A stretch of 63,957 bases of DNA, the filler included, from Octopus bimaculoides (lineage: Eukaryota): the NCBI RefSeq assembly GCF_001194135.2. It is 5 parts of 5 records of this genome, joined end to end, with 100 filler letters (N's around TTAATTAATTAA, not from the genome) between each part and the next. Parts side by side here need not be neighbours in the genome. Positions count along the whole stretch, not along the records: positions 20,468 to 39,131 come from NC_068983.1; 4 more parts are not named here. One strand, 5' to 3'. Shown one piece after another: positions 22,471-36,674 of this stretch. The notes under the pieces were generated by a model. That model ran no database searches and was not told the DNA's origin. It saw only the letters and a program-made list of their open reading frames with translations. Positions within the stretch are counted from its first letter, which is position 1, and each line of letters opens with the position of its first letter. The position numbers and the translations under genes are program-made.

Positions 22471-25426
22471 CCTGTAAAATGACTTGATAATCATATAAGA
22501 TTGAAGAAAGCAGTGTTGATACTAAGCAAGAAAGCGAGTAAAGGGAATAGCCATTTGTTGAAATTATTGGATTGGAGCCAGCATTATCGTGTAGATTTCA
22601 TTTCAAAACGTAAAAAAAAAGGTTTTCTCAGAAATGCACCAAATCATCTCGTTTCCTTTCTCTTAGCCAAATTCATTTAGATAATTTTAATTGATCTAGT
22701 TGGGTTGGTGTCCTAAATACCAGCTGGAGAGTTCATAGTTCGGAACCCACCAACGGCGTTGCACACTACCCATCAATAAGGCATTCAACCTTCATTTTGG
22801 GTCACAGAGATACTGTGATGCAGGTATGGCTCATCGCTGTAAAGAGGGGGAGCAGCATTGTAATTAAAGAGTGCTTGTTAAATTACAGTTCTAGAATCAA
22901 ATTATTCCATGAGCTTCGAGAATATTTCGTGCATGCACGCACGCACGCGCACCTACATACACACATAAACACCACCTCCCATTCTATATAAGTATTAACA
23001 CTCCCCTTGTAAGAGCATTTCTGTATTCCGACTTTAGCCTTTATCTTTTTAGACATTATCGAATGTGTTCCAGTGTCCTTGTGTGTTGCTCCTTATATAA
23101 AACTGTAATATGTGATTTGCACTAGATTTGGCTGCTATTTCTATTTGTTAGAGACTTGTTCCTATTTCTGATAACAAAGAGTCCCAAAACGCTATGGGTT
23201 CTACACACATCGTCAAAGATTTCGTATTTGTATACGCAAATATCATCCTTTCTCGTAGCGTAGAACTCAGCACTAGAAGCTAACGAATCATTCGTAAACT
23301 ATCTAGCCCTGCCACATACATCGCTGTAGTATGAAGTGATAAACAATAAGAGCTTTGTAAATACACTAGGAAGTTGAAAATAAATTTCTTGGTCACAAGT
23401 CAAGCGCAGTGAACGGTAAATAAGAATCACTGACATTTGGTTGAAAGTTTAATCCTTTATGGCAGGGGTGGGCTAATTGTTTGATAAGAGCCACTCATGG
23501 TATTTTAATGGGTGACCGGTAATAAAGTCACAATTTTGGCTAGAAAAAAAGTCACAATTAATTTATGGGATCCGGACAAAACTCCCCTAAGACAAAACCT
23601 CCTCGGAGCCCTCCGGACTCCCCTCCCCGGACAAAACCCCTGTGACTTCTTTTATCCGGATTCTTTTAATGATCAAGTGTTATGTCATATTTTAAAAATC
23701 ATATTTATAGAAAATAGATCGCAACAATTTTACTCACTAAAACAGATTAATCTCTGCTCGTTGAAGGCTGTTGTCGAGTCTTCATTCTTGCAGATAATAC
23801 TTTAAAATCCGGCTCGTAGGATTTTTAACTTGTTTTGGGAAAATTAGCGCTTAAACCCAATGTTACCTCGGGAGCCGCATGTCAAAGCTTCGATCGACCT
23901 AAAAAAACGAATAGTTTGGAGGAAAGCTTAAGAAAAAGTTGAGTTTAATATACAAATCTGGTATGTAATACAAACCTAAGACAAATGAAAGTAAATAACA
24001 AATCTGATTCTTATGAAATAAAGCTGAAAGAGGATTCGTATATGCTATATTCATCCTGCGTCAATTATGGCTTTAATTTTTAAAATTATATACCTAAGTA
24101 TCAGGAATCGTCTCTTGCATAAATTACACCGGTTTCTTTCGAATTGTTACAAAGGTTCTATATTTTAAGGAAGAATGGAATAAGATACGATGACATTCAT
24201 GCCTCCACAAACTCTTGCCAAACGAGAATTAAAATCCAGTTACGATCTCGATTTTCCAGAAAAAATAATACCACTTCTAGACTGCCTGTGACAAATCAAA
24301 ACTAATTTTAAAAAATAATTGAATCTGGCAATAGAAATGGCTGTACGAGTGACATCCGTATGGTGTGAAAATGTCTTAAAGAGCTTCCGGCCAATGCTTT
24401 TCTTACACGAAGAAAAATAAATCGTTTATATACAGTAGAGAGAGAGAAAGAGACAGACAGATAGAGAGAGAGAAAGAGACAGACAGATAGAGGGAGAGAG
24501 AGTAGTGTTATCGTGTGTACTAACTGTAACAGTCAACATACGCTCCATAGACTATGAGTGTACATGGTTAGGTCAATTATAATATTAGTTCATTTGAAAT
24601 ACTAGTTCATTATATTTAGATGTTAGGCGACTGAAATTACAGAGTATACTTTTAAATAGAAGGTACTAGTCATATTTTTCTCAGAAGTCTTTCATAAATG
24701 CATGTATATCTGTTTGTGTTAGTAACTTCAAAGAATTATACATCAAATAACAAAGTTAACATTGCACTTGTTCAGAGACTTTTATGTCAAACTACTGCTG
24801 TTACTTTGTTTTGTTAGCAGCTTCCTAGCTATAGAAATACGCTTTCTCTATTTTTTTTCTCTCATTAGTAGAAAATGTGTCTCTGTCATTTTTTTCCTTT
24901 ACTATCAAGAGGAAAGAAAAGAAAGAGAGGGAAAGAGAGAGAATTGAAAAAGGAGGAGTTAGTTATGAAACGTGATACTTTTCAGTTGATGCCGATACTT
25001 TAATGCTAATTTCTAACATGGTCGTGGTGCAGAGGAATGGTCGGTAAAACCTACTCCAATACTATCAAGCCAACAAGGATGAAAGGCAAAATGTTGTTCC
25101 ACCCAGCCCACTAGCAGCATTTGTAACTCAGAACGTAAAGTGAGCAACTAAATGCTACTGGACGTTTTGCCCGCTTCTCTATTAATTATGCAATTCAGCA
25201 CACCTAAGACAGAAATTTTTATTTATTCCCTACTGAGTCATCCATTATCTGACCTTTTCGATATCAGGCTGAAGAACACTTTGCTCTCCAGCCAAATTTC
25301 ACCTGCATTCAAATTTAAAACGGCCGCTGAAAAAGTTTTTTTTTAAAAATATGTATAAGATATAGGTGTAAGCGTTAAGATCAAAATTGAAAACTGTTCC
25401 CAGTTTAGATAGGTTTTCAAGTGCTC

Positions 25427-25543
25427 GGTAATTTCACCACCAGAAATTTCTTCCCCCGTAATTTTGCCACTCGTAATTTCGCCCCGGTAATTTCGTCCCG
25501 GTAATTTCGCCACTCGTAATTTTGCCCCGGTAATTTCGTCACT
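25427..25543. repeat. Tandem array of eight 14-15-bp units (gtaatttcgccccg-like), probable MULE subterminal repeat
   Basis: Units read directly from the sequence, about 190 bp upstream of a MULE transposase start. Confidence 0.8.
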
Positions 25544-25728
25544 ACCATCTGTTTAAGCTCAGTTCGTCTGGGTTTTTATTTGATACCTCGAGCAATGAAC
25601 TGATTATCACAAAATTTCATGTTGTCCTAGACAATATGGAGCTAATGGAACAGTTTCGACAAAATTCAAAATCTATTTTTAACGTTACCTCTTTGGTCAC
25701 ATCGTTACGCAGAACAATATGTAATTTC

Positions 25729-26250
25729 ATGATGGTCATTGCAACAATAACGTCCTTAATTGAAGTCATTCGAAGTACAGAGGCAGAGTGGTCTGCGTGA
25801 ACGGGCATATGTAAAGGAAGAAAAAGACAGGACAGACCCGGATGTATTGGGCCTGCGTCCGACGGGACTATGCATGTCGCGGAACGTTGTCCACCGACCT
25901 TCAGTGAGATGACGCCGACCGGACAAAAGGGATCAAGGTACGCGATGTCATGAAACGGAAAGTCGCTACCACTAAGAAGAAGCCTAGTCAGATCGTTACA
26001 TAATGCACCGAAGAATGCTACAACACCGTAAGAGCGATGTTGCCCAGTGAAGATGTCTGCAAGCGGACAATATGTAATCAACGGCCCACACCACCCGATC
26101 TTCGATGACTTCGCGAACTAGCGGAATTGTCCGACGAATATAAACCAACAACGCGGAGAACATTTCATGCTATACGATAATGGCCCAAATTGCAATGACA
26201 GAATCTTTGCTTTTGCGATTGAACAGGGAATCCGGCAACTGACAAGATCC
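25729..26250 (+). mobile_element. Mutator/MULE transposase N-terminal relic with a FLYWCH-type motif
   Basis: Frameshift-corrected translation IEVIRSTRGRVVCVNGHM...MYWACVRRDYACRGTLST...KPSQIV...VRAMLPSE...GEHFMLYDNG...DRIFAFA, with several stops. Confidence 0.82.
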
Positions 26251-28068
26251 TATGGGTGTGCTTTCATGCACCAAGCGCCTACATGATATGTTTTCTCAAG
26301 ATTACTGACGCAGTATTCAGTGTTCTAACATGACGTTCATGTCACGTTGGATATAAAGATTGTTTTTGGCATTAATACTGCTTCTGTCGCTAATAATTAA
26401 TGTTTAATAAGCCTGCTGGCTACTTGCGACATCAGTGCTTGAAAAGATGGCATTATATGTATCGTAGCAGCGAGATTTGCCTAGTATGCGATGACCAGTA
26501 GACTGAAATCACGTGATATAGGAGTTCCGGCGCTCATAACAGACAATTCTCGTTTACTATGATCTATGTGTGTACTTTTATGCACTAAGTGCCTATATGA
26601 GAGGTTCTCTCAAGGCTAATAATTCAGTATTCGGTGTTCTTACAAGACATCCACGTTAAGTTGAATATAAAGATTGCCTTTTGGTACCAATACTAGTTCC
26701 GTCGTTAATAATTAAGTTTAACATATTTGTACTTATCTAGTTCGTACTATGCTCCACTGACGGATTTACCCCTCAACCATTTTGTTATTATTGAAAATCT
26801 ATGTTATTAGTATTGTGGCTCTTTAATCTCTTTGATCCAGCAGACCTACAATCAAAGAGATCGCAACTGTGATCAAGCCGTACTATTAGTAAAGACAAAG
26901 CATATGATTTGAGGAAGATTTAGCTGTTATTTCAGGCATCCAAGCAACCTCGAACAGCTTCCTTCATTGGCTTGCAAAGCTATATTAATATATAACATGT
27001 AATTACGACTACATTCACTAATTACGTTTGACTTTACAAATTAACGGAACAACTTTATTCCATATAACACTATAGGTCTTCACGGCACTATGTAAATCAG
27101 TAAAGACGCAGACCTGACTTTACTCATTAACATTAAATCTTTTAGTAAACATGACTAATTAGATTGCAGAGGGCTTATTCACACTACAATAGTGATGAGG
27201 TATTAATTTCAGGATGTTTCCTCTGGGTGTTATTTAAACCAAATGTTGATTTATAAATAAATTGCCTGAGTCTCACATGCCAGTAGTTACTTTCTGAAGC
27301 TTCACTTTACATCAAATTATCAATTTATCCTCTTCTCTCTGTTTGTCTTCAAATCTATTTACATACAGTAAAAATATTTTACACAACTGTTTTAATCTTT
27401 AACTTTAAATACAAAAAGGATAACATGACTTCGCTATTTGCTCACTGAAAAAGTTTAACACAGTAAGAAAACGAACGACAAAACATTTTCTTAAAGACAA
27501 ACCGATAGCATTTTATGCATCAGTTTTTTTACTTAAATAACCATTCCCATATTTAGGGACTCTGACTACTTTTCCCTCTTCTACGTACAGACTCCATTCC
27601 TTGCGTTTACATCCCCATTTCAAGCACTATCACGCGCGCAAACGCACATACACATATATATATGTGAGCGGGAGAGTGACAAAAGGGTTATCTTAATATA
27701 AAAAGAAAGTTATCTTAATGATGGGTTTGGGCAGTGATATGCAGTGTTGCCAGATTAGGCTACAAGGAATGGATTACGCTACCTTTCAGGATCGCACGCT
27801 ATATTTTTTTTTTTAATTTGGACAACTTACTGCGTAAGATTTTAATTTTAGACATAAGAGTCCTATGTAATGTCACATTAAATTATCAACTAAATGAATT
27901 AGAACAGATTCTTAAATATTTTAAAACAAAATGAATTGCAAAATTTTTATGATAGGTTTCTCTCTAACGCAAAACTACATCTTTGTGAAAAGTTTTTGCG
28001 ATGCATTTTATTGATATATTTTATAAGACTGATATTGTCAACTGTCGACATAAAGAGATTATTTAGTG

Positions 28069-28300
28069 TACAGGGTGTCCATAAATTCTCTGGATTTTTT
28101 CAATTTGATGGCCAGATTTTTTAATTAATTTTTTTTTTAACTAATGACTTTGAAACTTCGGACACTGGTAGAATGTATCACATAGAACAGGGTTTACTCT
28201 TAACGTTTTTGACAAAAATTTTGTATTTTAGAAGTTATTTCGTGATAAAGTTGTCGTATTTGGGTAATTTTAACCAATCAATGACGTATAGTCAGCTGAA
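28069..28300 (+). mobile_element. Solo left end of a Tc1/mariner-type element
   Basis: TA|CAGGGTGTCC at 28069-28080 is a typical TIR start. No partner TIR is seen. Confidence 0.55.
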
Positions 28301-28309
28301 GAAAATTCG

Positions 28310-30144
28310 CGAATTTTTCTGTATAAATTGCCGCGAAGCAGGGTATTGACCAAGGAGTAAAGAGAGCTAAGGCTGTAGAGTGTTTTGCAGGTCAGGCAAG
28401 CGAACCTTTCCGTTTGAGCAGCATAGGCCACTGGATTCTCCAACCCACTTAAAGGCCTTACAAAATGGACATATTACAGACATATGCTGCGTAACAATCT
28501 CTCGATGAGTGGCGTAATCCTCGGCAGGATCATAGTTGAGCGCCTTTGATGCCCATTGACTACTCTATGGCTTCCAATAGCTATGGGCAAGAGCCCTCTG
28601 GTGAACATTAGACTGAAGCCTCATCATCTGATGGTTATCGTCATCTGCCAACCTCGTGGCAGAAGTGAATAAAGTGTTGCGTGCCCGACGGACTGCACTC
28701 CCTTCTGGGGCTTCCTCAGCACTCGCGGTAGAAGTGGATGCAGCGTTGCATGCCTAACGGATAACACTCTTTTGTGGGGTTTCTGCGGCCCTTGCGGCAA
28801 CAACACACACTCAATAGGTTTCACACTGCTCTGGAATAGTTGCAGCACTAGCAGCAGCAGCATTTTTCAACAGTCTACAGGACCTCTGGTCCTCAGTTTC
28901 CTTAGCCTGTCAGCACTGCAGCCTTGCCACTGCAGAAGACTTTCCGCCAATGTGTGCTCTCTTTTTAGGTGGCATGCTTGTATTATCTAGAAAAGGAAAA
29001 TGGGGTTTAGTGTACCAAGTGATTATCGATTTTATTATAAGCTAACAAAAACCCCTTTGTTCTGTCTTCCCACATAGCTTGAGCATAAACTAACAGCGAA
29101 TGCCGCGTAAAGTGAAATAGGCATGGAGCTTTCTGAAAGATACGTATAGCTTTCGCTAGTGGAAGCAAAATTCTTATTTAAAGGTTGACTCTTTGAGACG
29201 AATCCTATGTGAATGTTTAAAAAAGGCGAGAACGACAATGCTAAAACGTATTTGAAACAATGGACAACAGTCATAATATCATAATGGATGGGTAACTAAG
29301 CATCCTTAAAGTGAAACAACGCATTGGTAGGTAAAACAAAGGTATCAATAAATAGAAGAGAAGGAAGGGAACATCACTTTTCAAGTAACTCAGAATAGAC
29401 AAAGGTAAGCTTGCCAAAGTTTAATGCAATTTAAATATGGAGATCAAGATTGTTTGGTATTGGATACTCATCGCACACAGTGTTCCTACAGTCAAAATAA
29501 AATATACAAAATCCTTTCACTTTTATAATATTCTGTAACCAAAACACTCAAACAATACACACCAATACACATATAAAAAAATATAGAAAGTAATAATACA
29601 CAATTACAACATATAAATAAATAATAAATCAAAAAATAATAAAGACAACAAAAAATATTCTGTAATGCAAATATACGACCATATAGATTTTTTAAAAGTA
29701 TGGAAAACTGTCGAAATAAATAAATAGACAAAATCCTTTCACTTTTATAATACTCTCTGACCAAAACACTCAAACAATACACACCAATATACATATAAGA
29801 AATATAGAAAGTAATAATACACAATTACAAAATATAAATAGACAATAAAATGTGAAAACTACTAAAAAAAAATCTCTAATGTCCATATACGACCACATAT
29901 ATTAAAAAAGTATGGCAGACCCTACATACAAAAAAAACTATGTAGATACAATGAATTAGAGAAAAACCCGTGTGAACCAGCCTCGGTTTGTCCATTTACG
30001 TGGGAGCTCAAGATGTTATAGTGCATGACCATCCTTGGGACATAAGTAATGAGTGTGTAAAGTTTGGTGAAAATCAGTTGAGAATTGTGGAAATGTATGC
30101 ATTAGTCAATATACACACACATACTGTGATTTATATATACTAGA
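28310..30144 (-). mobile_element. Helitron 5' portion: terminus, leader with tandem repeat, and RepHel N-terminus with zinc finger
   Basis: Minus strand begins A|TCTAGTATATATAAA at 30144. ATG at 28975 gives MPPKKRAHIGGKSS, ETxEQ-like repeats, and ALNYDPAEDY...MSVICPFCKAFKWVGESSGLCCSNGKVRLPDL in one frame with several premature stops. Confidence 0.88.
29506..29915. repeat. ~222-bp tandem duplication inside the Helitron leader
   Basis: Units begin acaaaatcctttcacttttataata at 29506 and 29728. Confidence 0.85.
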
Positions 30145-30681
30145 TTCTGTGACCTGAACTGATTAACGGAGGCTTCCAAATATTCTTCCTTGGAAACAAT
30201 CTGTAAATATACCGAGTCAGAATACGAAACTTTCAGTAATGTGGAGCTGAGTCAGCATGTAATTAAAAACTTATAACTCAACGTGTGTTAATTGCTGCTT
30301 TCTATCGTTTGTTCACATACCTGTATAACTGCTCTACCTTCAGTCAAGCGCCAACCATAAACGAGGAATAAACAATTAAAGATGTAGGCAAACTTTATGA
30401 CTGTTGAAAAATATCCAAATATTACAGAGAACTTATTAAGCTATTCAGAAGACAATGTAGTTAAACGCATGCCCTGGATAGCTTACTTTGTCGAAAATTC
30501 GACTGCTAGCACATCCATAGATGAATTCGGTTTCGAATCACGAAAAATTCCTTCTCTGATAGAGAACTTTTGAAACTTCGAATCTGATTTGATGAACATC
30601 AATAAAAAAAGGTGCTGCATATACTACAAAAGTTTAATACTATCCACCAATAGGAAAACTGATTTATCGTATTACGTGTGT

Positions 30682-30743
<62 letters not shown>

Positions 30744-33700
30744 NNNNNNNNNNNNNNNNNNNNNNNNNNNNNNNNNNNNNNNNNNNNNNNNNNNNNNNNN
30801 NNNNNNNNNNNNNNNNNNNNNNNNNNNNNNNNNNNNNNNNNNNNNNNNNNNNNNNNNNNNNNNNNNNNNNNNNNNNNNNNNNNNNNNNNNNNNNNNNNNN
30901 NNNNNNNNNNNNNNNNNNNNNNNNNNNATATATATATACACACACACACATACGTACGTATATAGCGCTAGTTGTTGACAAGTGTGAATGAAAACGGAAG
31001 ATAATTTCAAGTAATTGAGAATAAATTGAAGTGAATTAGCTTGCTTAAGAAAAAGACGATTTGATCTTTGTTTTGAAGACGTGTGAAAGCTATACACACC
31101 GCATTTCGGTATCGATTTTGTGTCATAAGCATAACATTTTCCTTCTCACCTCCGGTCAGTTTTACGTAATGTAATATAGACAAAGAGTGGTTGAGAATAT
31201 TCTTCACCAAAGGTAATTTCCATAATTTAAGTGAAAAGGAACAGACAGGAAAATAACTGGAAGCTACCAGTAGTATGAATTTGTGTAATAAAAGAAAGGG
31301 TGGTAGAATGAATAACGCATAGGACAAATTCTTATGGACAGAGAGGGACAACGAAAACCTACAAGCAATTGTTAACAGAATAAGGAGAAAATTTAAAGAA
31401 ATTAAAATAATAGTGTGTTTTAATTTATACAACACACTAGAAGGGTCTGCTGGTAGCAACGCATTTCTCCGAGCTCTTTGAATATTTTTCTCCTATTTGG
31501 AAAAGGAAACCTTTCCCGAAATATTTACAAGATCATTATTAAAAAAAAGCTATGTAAAGTAATGCATTATCTTTTCGTTTTCATTTATTGATATTACCCA
31601 ACATATTTTGCTAACTTCTCTATATTGCTCAAAAGTTTTCACGTGAAATGTATATTAATAAAACAGCTCATTTGTTTGAGTAGATGTTAAATACAATTTA
31701 CTAGCATTAACATTTTATCTTAAAGTTAGCCTGTTGACAGTGATATTGGTTTTCTTTCTCCTAAGGATGTAAATTTACTTGAGAGATTAATTAATTTCTC
31801 AATATTACCTCCCTTTTATTTTGGAGTCGCTAACAATTGCTGCTAACCGCTTTGCTTTCTCTCTGTAATTAACTAAGAAACCTCCATTAGTTAGGAATTT
31901 TTTGTGTATGGCATTCTATACAACGCCCGTTTTATATGCAGATATCAATTATTTAGTCTATATTTTGCACAATTGTGAGATACTCAACCGACAGAGGAAG
32001 GATTAATGATTATTGACACAGAAAATTCCTCGCTGGTTTGAACCGTTTATTTATAATTGTTGCTGTTTAGCCCCAGGCCAACCGCAACTGAACAGACTTA
32101 TGAAAGCATTCCAGCCAAGAACTTAGAATGATTTTCATGGAGGTTTTTTTTTTCTTTTCATGTGGCACCACGGTAAATCTAAATTTGGATGAGAAGACCA
32201 AATTAAAACGTAAGAATACTTCTACTGTCTTTAGCTCTCTTTTGCTGTTATTGTTATCAATATACGTAATGAACGCAAAAGTGAAATCCCATGTTGAGGA
32301 ACATTATGTTATTTGCTTTGTTTTTAGACAAAAAGAAATCCGGTCTGAATAAACGTTATGTTGTCGAGTGGAAGGCGCGTCTCTAACGAAAAATGTTACT
32401 GATGATCTGGGTTGATTTGTGGAGGAAAACTTTCAAGCACACACTACCAGAGACCGTTTATGCGATTATAGCTAAGTGACACTACTGTAACTGATGTCGC
32501 TTTTTTGTAAAACGGAAACGCACAGAAACGAAAATTATTTTTATTACAGAGAATTCGGTAAATGGAGCATTTTTGTGAAGTATTTTGCAGAAAGACAGAT
32601 CGTAAATGACTGATTTATCGATATTTCTGTTGCATTCATATCTTCCGGTTTTCCGTTTCGGCTGCATTCACATTTTCCGGTTTTCCTTTTCGGATTTACT
32701 GGTCTGTAATTTTTTAAATCAGTATCCTTCTCTTGATATATTTTAAACGTAGGTAGGAGTGTTTGTTAGAAATAGGAATTCGTGTCGGTTGAAAGATAAT
32801 ATCAATATGCATATTTCATTTAATATGTGTAATTAACCTTTGATAGTTATTACATCTTAGCTATATTCATATTTCAATACTCTCGCACAAAAACTGAATT
32901 TATCTTTACTGAGCCCGATGCTAAAAGGCTCAACGCAAAAAGTATTCGTTATGCTTGTGATATATAACAGACCATTTCTGCAAGATATTTTATAAATGAC
33001 AATTTTTTTCAATCAATCTCCCCAGGAATCGCTTAGCTTAATGGTTCAGAGCTGTCAGTCAGATTTTAAGAAGTGCAGGGTTCGATTCTCTGTAGTGGCT
33101 TGCCGACCACTTTTTACGGGCAGCGAGCCGGCAAAATCTTTAGCACGCTGGGCAAAATGCTTAGCGGCATTTCATCCGTCTTTATGTTCGGAATTCAAAT
33201 TCCACTGAGGTCGACTTTGCCTTCCTTTCGGGGTCCACAAAATAAGTACCAGTTAAGCATTGGGGTTGATGTAATCAACTTACCTCAACCACCAAAACTG
33301 CTGGCTTTGTGCTAAAATTTGGAACCAATTATCTTCAATTAATCACGCAAATTTTTTTTAACTCTTTTGTAAAATTTTCCTGATAGGAAGGTTGTATATA
33401 AGTTATCGATTTTTGGTGTATTGGCATTTTTCCAATTCTGCATTTCTTCTGCTTTGCTGTTTTGTATATAATTAATATAACTCTCCAACGATTCTCTCTG
33501 TCTTCCATTTATAACAACACTACATTCTATTTTATACGTAGCACTGTTTATGTATGTGTGTGTGTGTGGGGGGGGGTTACAATAAGGCTGTTATTTCAAA
33601 GTAATTTTAAGAATAACAACGAAATTATTTACTGATGGGATGACTCAATGCTTAAAGTAGAGTCAAATTCATTGAACAAGCCACTAGACGAAATTTGAAG

Positions 33701-34616
33701 TTCTGGTTAGCTTAGTCTTTGTGTGTATGCGCGTAATATACACACACACACACACACANNNNNNNNNNNNNNNNNNNNNNNNNNNNNNNNNNNNNNNNNN
33801 NNNNNNNNNNNNNNNNNNNNNNNNNNNNNNNNNNNNNNNNNNNNNNNNNNNNNNNNNNNNNNNNNNNNNNNNNNNNNNNNNNNNNNNNNNNNNNNNNNNN
33901 NNNNNNNNNNNNNNNNNTATATATACACATATATGTATGTATATATATATGTATGTAAAATAGGGGTAAGGTTGAGTATCTGGCATCTATCACCACCACC
34001 AAGAACTTAACTGTCAATTCCCATTGGATTTAATTTTAAGGGGTTGTAGATTACATGCTGCATTGAGGCTTTTGAATGTGATAATGATAAGATGAATGTA
34101 GCTACATCACCATTCCTCTTTCTTGACCTCCATTATTTTCTTCTGCCACTCTAAATAAATTACAGTAGGCTTTAAGAATCTTAAGTCATTCTGCCACAAA
34201 AATAGCAAAGAGAAGGAATGTAATTATTTTGGTCTCTAGTACTGATGAAAGATTTGCTAAAAAATTATAATGGTGTATCCTGTATATGGTCGTATGCTCC
34301 GAGGAGGGCAGTTTATTTCAAACTGATGTTATGTGATCGATTAAATGGAGCAGCTTCAAATGGCCGTATTGCACTGATACCTGGATATCCTTGTTACTTA
34401 TTTGCTTTCAATTCACCTAACTTCGAGCTGTGCGGATAATACCGGACTGACTTGGTGCTTCAACTTGAGTACCTAATTCAACTGAATCTTAATTATTTCT
34501 TATATGTATGTATATATATATATAAATGTTTGTATATATGTGTGTGTGTGCATGCGTGTGTGCATGTATGTGTGTGTATATGTGTGTATATATGTGTGTA
34601 TATATATGTGTATATA

Positions 34617-34663
<47 letters not shown>

Positions 34664-35525
34664 NNNNNNNNNNNNNNNNNNNNNNNNNNNNNNNNNNNNN
34701 NNNNNNNNNNNNNNNNNNNNNNNNNNNNNNNNNNNNNNNNNNNNNNNNNNNNNNNNNNNNNNNNNNNNNNNNNNNNNNNNNNNNNNNNNNNNNNNNNNNN
34801 NNNNNNNNNNNNNNNNNNNNNNNNNNNNNNNNNNNNNNNNNNNNNNNNNNNNNNNNNNNNNNNNNNNNNNNNNNNNNNNNNNNNNNNNNNNNNNNNNNNN
34901 NNNNNNNNNNNNNNNNNNNNNNNNNNNNNNNNNNNNNNNNNNNNNNNNNNNNNNNNNNNNNNNNNNNNNNNNNNNNNNNNNNNNNNNNNNNNNNNNNNNN
35001 NNNNNNNNNNNNNNNNNNNNNNNNNNNNNNNNNNNNNNNNNNNNNNNNNNNNNNNNNNNNNNNNNNNNNNNNNNNNNNNNNNNNNNNNNNNNNNNNNNNN
35101 NNNNNNNNNNNNNNNNNNNNNNNNNNNNNNNNNNNNNNNNNNNNNNNNNNNNNNNNNNNNNNNNNNNNNNNNNNNNNNNNNNNNNNNNNNNNNNNNNNNN
35201 NNNNNNNNNNNNNNNNNNNNNNNNNNNNNNNNNNNNNNNNNNNNNNNNNNNNNNNNNNNNNNNNNNNNNNNNNNNNNNNNNNNNNNNNNNNNNNNNNNNN
35301 NNNNNNNNNNNNNNNNNNNNNNNNNNNNNNNNNNNNNNNNNNNNNNNNNNNNNNNNNNNNNNNNNNNNNNNNNNNNNNNNNNNNNNNNNNNNNNNNNNNN
35401 NNNNNNNNNNNNNNNNNNNNNNNNNNNNNNNNNNNNNNNNNNNNNNNNNNNNNNNNNNNNNNNNNNNNNNNNNNNNNNNNNNNNNNNNNNNNNNNNNNNN
35501 NNNNNNNNNNNNNNNNNNNNNNNNN

Positions 35526-35590
<65 letters not shown>

Positions 35591-36629
35591 AATTTAAATT
35601 GAATTGAATTTATAATTGTTCAATTTATTGTTTTGTTTTTCCATTTCTGATCTGTATTTATATGCATGTGTGTGCGTGCGTGTGTGTATGAGTGTGTGCA
35701 TGTATGTATGTATGTATGTTTGTTTGTATGTGTGTGTGTGTGTATGTGTGTGTTTATATATATATACACGTGTGTATGCGACGTATGTAGGTATATTAAA
35801 AATCACATAGATATTTGCTTCACTTCTCCTCTTTCAGCCCTATCACGATCCACTATCTAACTTCTTCACACAGTTGCTGCTTCGCTACCTTTTGTACTCT
35901 ATTGTCCTCTTTTGAATACTAGTGCTGATAACACCTGGTAATTGGATAAGTGAAAGTTGCTATTTTCAGATTGATGCTTTCGGAACCTTATCCAATACCA
36001 TATAGGGTACTTTGTGGGTATACAGGCACTAATCGGCAGTTATTGCCTTGATATCTAGACTAACAAATCACATGATAAATGTATGTGCTTGAATTTACCC
36101 TACCAAACGATTGCAAGAAGATACACGATTCACAACAGCTTGAACTATAATCGTGAGGAGAAGGCTGGATAGGTGGAGGAGAGAAACTGAAAGAGTTGCT
36201 TATAGTGCGAAGAAGTGTGAGGTGTAGGTAGTTATGGCGTTATTTAGGTGAAAGAAAGGAAGAAGAAATAAAAAGGGGCAGGTGCAAATTAATGAAGAGA
36301 CTAGCAGAAAGAAAGAGCTCTGCTGTGAGAAGTAAATAAATTGCTAACAATAGATTTTGCAGATTTGCACAGAGGTGTGTATGTGTGAGAGACAGAGAGA
36401 CACAGATTGTGTTAAAATAACTCTTAAAAGTAACATGCATATATATATATATACATAAATGCCCACATACACACACGTGCACATGCACAAATTGTATAAC
36501 CTTATTCTATACAGTTGTAGTTAGTTGGAAAGGCAGAGTATAACTATCACTGTATATGTGCATGCTATATGTATATGAATTGTGTTAATGTGTTTGGTGG
36601 AACAAGAGAATTAGCACACAATACATGAG

Positions 36630-36674
<45 letters not shown>

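Noticed and set aside
24310-24420. Promoter-like words (aaatggc, cttccgg, ccaat); also cagtgttgccagat at about 27746
   Set aside because: Short motifs in TE-rich surroundings, with no associated exon or domain boundary.
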